Assembly (NCBI GenBank): GCA_963770565.1
Contig: CAVYQE010000002.1
Span: 128,001 to 192,000, forward strand
Length of the DNA stretch: 64,000 nucleotides
Reading direction: 5' to 3'
Source: an uncultured Actinomycetota bacterium
GTDB taxonomy: Bacteria > Actinomycetota > Actinomycetes > JAFAQI01
Shown here: positions 27,717 to 35,896 of the stretch, one piece after another
Position numbering within the stretch: position 1 is the stretch's first letter
Layout of the letters: every line of letters starts with the position of its first letter
Notes under the pieces: model-generated
What the model was told of the DNA's origin: nothing
Database searches by the model: none
The model's input: the letters and a program-made list of their open reading frames with translations, nothing else
Made by a program: the position numbers and the translations under genes

Positions 27717-27887
27717 GGCTGCGACCAGCCGGTAGTGACTGGCGGTGACCGGAATCCAACAGAGTTTTTCCGTGTGTTAGCAACGGTTTCCCTGGCACTG
27801 GCCGGTATCCACAGGCACCGGGTGGAGGTCCACCATTTAGGGGCCCAGTAGGGAACGATGACGCTCCAGGTGGAAAGGAGCGGCCTC

Positions 27888-28106
27888 GTGGCTTACGTCC
27901 GGAAGAAGACCCGCAAGGACGGCACCATCCGCTGGTATGCCCGTTACCTGGGCACCGATGGCCGCTACCACGAAGAAGGCGGCCACCCGTCCAAGCTCGC
28001 GGCCGCGCGTAGGGCTCGTAATGAGTCCGTAAGACACTGGGCCGCGGGCCCCGATGGCTCAACTGATGACGAGGCCGACCGGTGGTGTCCCAGCCCGGCA
28101 GGCTGA
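27888..28106 (+). pseudogene. Truncated tyrosine integrase (N-terminal arm-binding part only)
   Basis: GGAAAGGAG RBS; (M)AYVRKKTRKDGTIRWYARYLGTDGRYHEEGGHPSKLAA resembles actinobacterial integrase N-termini; next to the att core; no catalytic domain follows. Confidence 0.7.
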
Positions 28107-28124
28107 TCGGCGACTCCAACGCGG

Positions 28125-29976
28125 TCAGATGGCCGCCGTTGACTGCGAAGCGGCTAATGACGAGCACGCCTCCGGCCGGGCATCAGCGGTGTTAGGTGAT
28201 TGGAGCCGGCTGCTGTAGGTCTGCAGGATGTCGTGGTGGTTGACCCACCCGACGAGTCGAAAGCCGTCGCTGGACACCACTGGTACTCCGGTCGTGTCAC
28301 GGCCGATCAGCGTTTGGACCACTTCATGCAGTGACTGCGTCGCGCGCACGGTGGGCAGCGAGCGGGCCAAATCGCCCGCGGTCGCGTCGGCAGGGCCCTC
28401 CGCTAGCGATTGCTCCTAACTCCTGGGGGTCACCGTGCCGCGGTAGCGACCGTCGACATCGATCACCGGTAGCGCTTCGCGGGCCTCCGTCGGTGAAGCG
28501 CTTGACGATTTGCTCGAGCGGATCGGCTGAGGAGAGCGCGACCGGCACGGGCTGCATCGCGTCGCTGACGGTCAAAGTGCGCATCAGGTTCTCGGGTCGG
28601 CCGCGAGCGATGTCGATGCCTCGACGGCGCAGTTTGAGCGTGTAGATCGTGTCCTTGGACAGCCTGCCGCTGACGGCGGTCGCGAGCACGATCGCGACCA
28701 TCAGCGGCAGGACAATCGTGTAGTCGCCGGTGAGCTCGAAGATGATCAGCACCCCGGTGATCGGTGCACGGGTCGCGCCGGCGAACACCGCGCCCATCCC
28801 GACCAGGCCGTAAGCGCCGGCTGGACGCGGCAAGGTGCGGGCAGGACCTGATGCACACCGTCGCCGTAGGCGGTGCCGAGCATCGCTCCGATGAACAGCG
28901 ACGGGGCGAACACCCCGCCGGAGCCGCCGATGCCGATGGTGAGGCTGGTCGCGACCATCTTCCCGATCGAGCAACACGATCAGGAACCACACGACATAGT
29001 GGCCGGCGACGCCCGTTTTCCAGGATCGGGTAGCCGACGCCGTACATCTCCGGCAACGCCAGCATCAGACCGCCGAGCAGGACCCCGCCGGTGGCGGGCC
29101 GCAGCCATATCGGGCCGCGCCAGACCCGGTCGCAGATGTCCTCGATGCCGTAGAGCACCTCGGATGAACCCGACCCCACCGGCGGCTGCGAGCACCCCGA
29201 GAACGGCGTAGAAGGCGATACTCGACCGGCGGAGTGCACCGATGAACGGCGGGGAGCATCAGGAACGGATGGTTCCCGAAGGCGGCCCGGCCGATCACGT
29301 CGGCGGTAACCGAGGCAAGGACCACGGCGCCGAAGGACTCGGTCTCGAAATCACGCAAGATCAGCTCGAGGGCGAAGAACACCCCGGCGATCGGTGCGTT
29401 GAACGTCGCGGAGATTCCGCCAGCAGCACCGCAGGCGACCAGCAGCCGCAGCCGGGACTCCGGCACCCGCAACCACTGCCCGATGCTCGACCCGAGCGCG
29501 GACCCGATCTGCACGATCGGTCCTTCCCGTCCTACCGAACCTCCGGACCCGATGCACAGCGCGGAAGCCAGGGACTTCACGATCGCGACCTGCGGAGCGA
29601 TCCGCCCACCCCGTTCGGAGACGGCGAGCATCACCTCAGGCACACCGTGACCGCGGGCTTCCTTGGCGAACCGGTCCACGATCGGCCCGTAGATCAGCCC
29701 ACCGATCACCGGCACTAGCAGCACGAAGTAGATCCCCAACACGGGGAAATGCGGGCTCGCGACATGCCCCGCGTCGCTGTAGTCGGAACGCCCGGTGAAC
29801 ACCTCAGTGAACCCCAGGATCAGGTAGCGGAAGCCGACCGCGCCACCGCCGGCACCAGCCCCGGTCACCACGGCCAGCGCCATCAGACCAGCCGCCGAAC
29901 CGCGCAGCCAGTCCAGCACGCGGATCGCCGGCTCGCGTGGCAGTCGCAATGTCCCACCGTGCGCCGACACCCTCAT
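28125..29976 (-). pseudogene. ClC chloride channel/H+ antiporter with CBS domains, multiple frameshifts
   Basis: [32 protein letters not shown] and CBS pair spread over at least four frames. Confidence 0.85.
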
Positions 29977-30004
29977 ACCGGCTCCGCGAGATGAGCACCC
30001 GTTG

Positions 30005-30493
30005 TCATTCCAGGCCCCAACCCAGCGACCACGCCTGCTCCGGAGCCTCACCGGCCGCCTGCGCGAACGCCGCGAGCGCCGCCACCAGACCTTGCTGCGC
30101 ACCGGGTGTCATCTTTCGCAGAATCGACCGGACCAGGCTCTTGCGCCGCCGCATCACCGCGGCCACAAGCTGACCGCCAGCCGGAGCGATCGTGACAATC
30201 ACAGTTCGCCGGTTGTCATCCGGACGATCCCGCGCGATCAGCCCTTTGCGGTCCAGCCGGTCACACATCCGAGTGACCGTCGACTGATTGACCCCCAACG
30301 CGACGGCCAACTCCGTCATCCGCTGCGGACCGCGCATCGCCAATACGACCAGCGCGCGGTACTGCGGAAGTGTCACCTCCTCCTCGGCCGCGGCAAGCGA
30401 CTTCGCCGCGACCGCGACCAGCGCACGGCTCGCGGCCAGGACGCCATCGACCACGTCGACCGGTTCTGTGACCTCGCTCGAGGAAGTATGCAC
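30005..30493 (-). CDS. MarR-family regulator
   Basis: VTLPQYRALVVL, LGVNQSTVTRMCDRLDRKGLI.R....NRR. Confidence 0.88.
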   Translation of the reverse strand: MHTSSSEVTEPVDVVDGVLAASRALVAVAAKSLAAAEEEVTLPQYRALVVLAMRGPQRMTELAVALGVNQSTVTRMCDRLDRKGLIARDRPDDNRRTVIVTIAPAGGQLVAAVMRRRKSLVRSILRKMTPGAQQGLVAALAAFAQAAGEAPEQAWSLGWGLE

Positions 30494-30601
30494 CTAACGA
30501 TTATTGCATAGTGCAAGGGTTTTGGTGGCTGGTGAGCGTAGCGCCGGCGGCGCCCGACACGATCGAAGAGGCGGCCCTGGCCTTCGGCCTGGCCCTTGCG
30601 G

Positions 30602-32020
30602 TCAGGCGTGCGTCGCGGATGGCGGGTCGGGTGTGGGGTTGTGCCAGGTCCCGGGGTGCTCGATGAGGGCGTCGGCTTGGGTTGGCCCCCAGGTGCCCGG
30701 CTGGTAGCGGTGGGCCGGACGGGGGTGTTCGAGGACGGGATCGACGATGGCCCAGGCGGCTTCGACGGTGTCTTCGCGGGTGAACAACGCGCCTTCCCCT
30801 TCAGGGCGTCGCTGAGGAGCCGTTCGTAGGGTTGTTCTTCGTCCGGCTGCCCGTTGAGTAAGGACAGTTCGCGCTGGTCGCCGAGGAACTGCTCGCCGGC
30901 CCGTTTGACCCGGGCGGCGAGCGCGATCACCGGGTTGGGTGAGAGTCGGAACCGTAGATAGTTGGCGCGGCCTTGTGCGGGGGCGGCGTCGGCGAACAGC
31001 GGTTGGGGTGGGGGTTTGAGCTCGACGAGGACCTCTGCGGCGGTCTGCGCCAAGCACTTTCCGGACCGCAGGTACCACGGCACACCGGCCCAGCGCCAAG
31101 AGTCGATGAACAGCCGTAGCGCGCAGAAGGTCTCAACGTCGGAGTCTTTCGCGACTCCGGGCTCGTCGCGGTATCCCGCGAACTGGCCGCGGACCACGTC
31201 GTCGGAGCTCCAGCGGTCGGATCGCCTTGAAGACGTTGAGCTTCTCCCCCTGCACAGCACCGAAGCCCTGGTAGGCCGGGGGTTCCATCGCGAGCAGCGC
31301 GACGATCTGGAACAGATGATTCTCGATCACGTCACGAAGGGCGCCAGCGGTCTCATAGAACGCACCCCGCCCCTGCACCCCGAATCCCTCGGCGACGGTG
31401 ATCTGGACGCTGGCGACATAGTTGCGGTTCCAGATCGGTTCGAGGAAGGAGTTAGCGAAGCGGAAGTACAGGAGGTTCATGATCTCCTCCTTGCCGAGGT
31501 AGTGATCGATGCGGAAGATCGCAGGCTCCGGGAACGCCGCGCGCACCACCCGGTTGAGCTCGCATGCAGAGGCGAGATCCCGCCCGAACGGCTTCTCGAC
31601 CACGACCCGCGCATCGCGGTTCAGGCCCGCCCCTTCGACCCCCTCGATCACCGTCGCGAACAGGCCCGGCGGGGTGGCGAGGTAGTGCGCCGGACGACGC
31701 GCGGCGCCGAGCGCGCTTCGCAACGCGGTGAAGGTGGCCGGGTCCGCGTAGTCGCCGTCGACGTAGTCCAGCAGCGACAGCAACCGGTCAAGAGCGGCGC
31801 TGTCATCGATGCCATCGCCTGACTCAGCGACGGCTATCTCGGGCGTGCTCGCGAAGCCGCGGCAGGTCCCACCGGGAGAACGCGACGCCGATCACCGGCA
31901 CGTCCAATGTGCCGCGCTTCACCATCCGGTAGAGCGCCGGGAAGATCATCTTATGGGCCAGGTCACCGGTCGCACCGAAGAAGACGAGCGCATCCGAGGC
32001 GGAGGGTCGACCGGGTTCAT
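30602..32020 (-). pseudogene. zwf: Glucose-6-phosphate dehydrogenase, frameshifted
   Basis: [60 protein letters not shown] and YQPGTWGP in different frames. Confidence 0.88.
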
Positions 32021-34523
32021 GCCGGCGCCGGTTCGCTCACCCGGGCGGTCGGCTGATCTGCGGGCAGCGCCGTGCTGTGCCCACGCGTCGCTCGGCTGGT
32101 CGCCCGGATCGAGGATGCGGTAGGCGAGGAGTTTGATCCGGTCGCTGGCTAGGGCCCAGATGATGGCGTAGCCCAGACGAACCCGGCCCAATTCCAGCCG
32201 AGTGGTGTCATGAACAGGCCGTAGACGGCGATCAGGGTCGCGATCGCCTGGGTGCCGAGGACGGCGAGCAGCAGGATGCGGGCGGGGCGGATGGACCAGA
32301 ACGGTCCGCGGGTGCGGGTCAGGAAGATGGTGAGGTGCCCGGCGACGGACAGCATCAGATACATCAGGGTCTGCAGCCGGGGATGGCCGAGGTCGAAGAC
32401 GCGGTCGCCGAGGTAGAACAGGCCGAACGCGGCGATCGGGCCGACGACGCCGAGCACGGTGGCGATGCCGAGCACGAGGCGCATGTTCCAGGCTTCGGGC
32501 TGTCATCTTGTAGCGGACGTTGTCGTAGGCGATGGACAGGATCGCGCCGTCGTTGAGCAGCGCCAGCATCACGATCATGATCGCGGTGACCGGGTAGAAG
32601 TTGAAGACCAGGATCGCGAGGGTCATGAACAGCAGCACCCGCAGCGTCTCGGCGATGCGGTAGATCGCGTAGCTGTTCATCCGCTGGAAGATCTTGCGGC
32701 TTTCCTTGATCGCGTCGATGATCACCGACAGCCCCGGGGTCAGCAGCACGATCGCGGCGGCCGCGCGGGCGGCGTCGGTCGCGCCGGAGACAGCGATGCC
32801 GCAGTCGGCTTTCTTCAGGGCCGGGGCGTCGTTGACGCCGTCGCCGGTCATCCCGACGATGTGGCCGCGCTGCTGCAGAACGTCGACGATGTGGTACTTG
32901 TGCTCGGGGAAGACCTGGGCGAACCCGTCGGCGGTCTCGATCGACTCGACCATCGCCGCGGTTTCTTTCTTCTTCACGTCACCAAGCCGGCGGCGTCGAG
33001 AATGTTGGTACCCAGGCCGACTTTGGCGGCGGTCTCTTTGGCGATCGCGATCGCGTCGCCGGTGACCATCTTCACCCTGACGCCCATCGCCCGGGCGGTG
33101 GCGATCGTGGTCTTCGGCGTCCTCGCGGGGCGGGTCGAACAGCGGCAGCACACCCAGGAACTGCCACGGCCGTTGCCGTCGGCGCGGGCGACCCCCAGCG
33201 ACCGGTAGCCGCGGGCGGCGAACTCGTTGACGGCCGCGTCGACGGCGGGCTTGATCTGTCGCGCGTGTCGGCGGCGAGGGCGAGGATGACCTGTGGGGCA
33301 CCCTTGCTGACCTTGAACGTCGTTCCGTCGGGGCCGGTGACGGTGGCTTCGGTTCGTTTGTCGACCGGGTTGAACGGCTCGAAATGCGTCACCGTGTAGG
33401 CGTGCAGAGCCTTCGGGTCGCTCAAGCCCGCCGAGCACGGCGAGGTCGATCGGGTCGTCGTTGTCGGCGCGCGAGGCCAGCGCGCCGGCCAGGATCACGT
33501 CGGCGGCGCTGACGTCGCCGACGCTGAACGGGTCGCCCAGGGTCAGCGAGTTCTGGGTCAGCGTGCCGGTCTTGTCCGCGCACAGCACATCCACGCCGGC
33601 GAGTTCCTCGATCGCGACGAGCCGGCTGACGATGGCCTTCTTCTTGGCCAGCAGACGCGCGCCGACCGCCATCGTCACCGACAGCACGGTGGGCATCGCG
33701 ACCGGGATCGCCGCCACCGTCAGCACCAGAGCGAACTGCAAGGTGGTCAGCACCGGGTCGCCGCGCAGCAGCGAGACGACCACGATCACCGTCACCAGCC
33801 CGACCGCGAGCATGATCAGGTAGTTGCCGATCTTGAGCACGGCCTTCTGGAAGTGGCTGACGGTGTGCGCGTCCTGCACCAGCTCGGCGGTCTTCCCGAA
33901 GTAGGTGTGGGTGCCGGTGGCATACACCAGGGCGCCGATCTCGCCGCGGCGAATGATCGAGCCGGAGAACACCGCTGCACCGGGCGTGCAGGTTACGGGC
34001 AGCGATTCCCCGGTCAGCGCTGACTGGTCGACCTCGATCTCATCGCCGTCCAGCAGCCGGGCATCGGCTGGGACGATGTCACCCAGCCGAAGCCGGATCA
34101 CGTCCCCGGGCACCAGCTCGCGCGCCGGCCGGGGTGACCCATATGCCGTCACGTTTGACGCGGGCGTTGATCGCGAGCTTGGCCTTCAGCGCGTCGATGG
34201 CGTTGCCGGCCTGGCGCTCCTCGGTGTAACCGACCACCGCGTTGGCCACCAGCAGCACCAAAATGATGAAGAAGTCCGGCCAGTGCCCGACCGCGCCGGA
34301 CAGGATGACCGCGACCTCGATCATCCACGGGATCGGGCCCCAGAAGTAGGACAAGAACTTCAGCAGCGGGTTCGTCTTGTGCTCGGCGATCTCATTCGGC
34401 CCGTACTGCCCCAACCGCTTCGCCGCCTCCGCCTGGCTCAGCCCATCCGGCGAGGTGCCGAGCTGCTTCTCCACCTCCGACAGTGGGCAGCGACTTCAGA
34501 TCCTGGTCAGAGTCAGCGCTCAT
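32021..34523 (-). pseudogene. P3A-type plasma-membrane H+-exporting P-type ATPase, frameshifted
   Basis: YGPNEI, FWGPIPWMIE, DQSALTGES, IPVAMPTVLSVTMAVGA, DKTGTLT, MVTGD, MTGDGVNDAPAL, LLNDGAIL; several frame breaks; 3' end approximate. Confidence 0.88.
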
Positions 34524-34567
34524 CACGTTAGGCTCCGCGAGCATGGCTGCTGCGTCTACCTCGGTAG

Positions 34568-34693
34568 TCATCGCCGTCGGCTCCGCGTCCAGTCACCGAT
34601 CGCAGGGAGGTCATGCTCCTGATCGTTGACATCGAGATGGTGTTCGACGAGCCCGTGCACCTCGTCGGTCAACGCAGCAGGATGGTCCGTCAC
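34568..34693 (-). pseudogene. Possible phosphoketolase C-terminal remnant
   Basis: LVEHHLDVNDQEHDLPAIGDWT resembles the Xfp tail L.EH..YI.EHGEDMPEI.DW.W; lies just upstream of the ATPase/zwf block. Confidence 0.35.
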
Positions 34694-34931
34694 CACCCCA
34701 CGTTGGCAGCCACGAGGCGATCTTCACCAGAGTCGAATGTCCTTCGATCCGGCGCTGTCGACCTGATCGGGCCTGCCCGGATACGGCGCGAGCTTCCCGG
34801 CTGGTTCAGGCTATTCGCGTTCGCGGCCGTGCCGCGGGCGTAGACCCCTCTCATGCCGTGACCACAGCTCCCGTGTCACGTCATCGTGGTCGCGTCGACA
34901 TGACGTGCGCCTCTGGCGTCTCGCCCGAGGG

Positions 34932-35100
34932 TCAGTTGCGCAGATCCCGGCGATCGAAGGCAACGACGCCCGCGATCTCGGCGGCGATGCACACGAGCAG
35001 AAGAACAATGATCTCGCTGCTACCGGCGCCGGTGTGTGGTGGATCGTTGGACAGGTACGAGCGCCAGAGCAGGAACGGCCGTAGGTAGGACAACGGATGC
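34932..35100 (-). pseudogene. Possible ABC-2 permease C-terminal remnant
   Basis: LRPFLLWRSYLSNDP...LLLVCIAAEIAGVVAFDRRDLRN* has the typical F.RRDL ending; no full ORF. Confidence 0.4.
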
Positions 35101-35134
35101 ACCGTCCTGCTGAGCCCGTAGACCCGCGGCCTCC

Positions 35135-35430
35135 CTAGTCCATGAGGCGCTCGTTGATCTCCTCGTCACCGGTTGGGGCTTGCGGATGGGTGGTTCTCGG
35201 CAAGCGTGGTTCGTGGTCGGTGACGCCGCCCTCGATCACTCCGTCGGCGACCGTTAGGACTAGACCCGGACCGCTGCGGGTGTGAACGACCGCACTGGCA
35301 CCGACTCGCTCGCCACAAGGGTCGTTACGTCTGTCGCCTCGGCTAGCTCCCAGCGGTCGAGATGGTCGGCCAGCCATCGGCGCGCCACACCCGCGGAGGA
35401 CACCTCGGGAGCGAGTTTCGTGGTTGCCAC
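35135..35430 (-). pseudogene. Degenerate RsbW-like ATP-binding (anti-sigma HATPase) gene
   Basis: LAPEVSSAGVARRWLADHLDRW...TLVASE then frame change to AVVH...; broken. Confidence 0.55.
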
Positions 35431-35653
35431 TCGACGCACTGCGCGAGCCTCACTGTCTGTGCCGCTCGTCAGTTCCGCCAACACCTCATTCCCAAAACCC
35501 TCGTGGGGGCAATCTGGTGAGATGATCGCGTCCGATCGACTCCGACAATAGGCCGATCGCTCGCGGCGGAGCGCTGGCAGGCTCGGCCACGATCGGACCT
35601 ACTCCGTTACTAACAGGAGCGTTTGCAAGGCACCGACCGGCACCGGGTGGAAC

Positions 35654-35761
35654 CTGCGAACGGAGGCTCGGACCTCTGGGTTATGGGAACGGTTAGGGAA
35701 TGGTTGGGATTGATCGTGAAAAGCAGCAGGGCCATGATCGTTGATCATGGCCCTGACCTGC
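35654..35761. repeat. Junction J5 arm A immediately 3' of the tRNA, with terminator hairpin 35727-35755
   Basis: 104/108 identical to 27555-27662; preceded (35594-35652) by arm-B-like CGGACCT..TCCGTT..GGCACCGGGTGGA. Confidence 0.9.
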
Positions 35762-35771
35762 AAGAACTCAG

Positions 35772-35845
35772 TGGCGGGGGTAGGATTTGAACCTACGACC
35801 TCTGGGTTATGAGCCCAGCGAGCTACCGAGCTGCTCCACCCCGCG
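35772..35845 (-). tRNA. Initiator tRNA-Met (CAU)
   Basis: CGCGGGGTGGAGCAGCTCGGTAGCTCGCTGGGCTCATAACCCAGAGGTCGTAGGTTCAAATCCTACCCCCGCCA; CAT anticodon, GGG/CCC anticodon stem, unpaired C1; CCA tail not encoded. Confidence 0.97.
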
Positions 35846-35896
35846 TCGGTCCAGCCACGATAGCCCGACCAGCCATCGCGTTCCAAACGAGCGCGA

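Larger units (their letters stand above)
27555..27890. repeat. Junction J4: complete arm A + tRNA core + arm B (hybrid att site)
   Basis: 27555-27662 equals 35654-35761 with 4 mismatches in 108 bp; 44-bp tRNA-fMet 3' copy at 27673-27716; arm B runs to the integrase RBS/GTG. Confidence 0.92.
27717..35769. mobile_element. ~8-kb integrative island in tRNA-fMet (innermost cassette, integrase truncated)
   Basis: Bounded by 44-bp direct repeats of the tRNA 3' end; integrase N-terminal remnant at the distal end. Confidence 0.85.
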
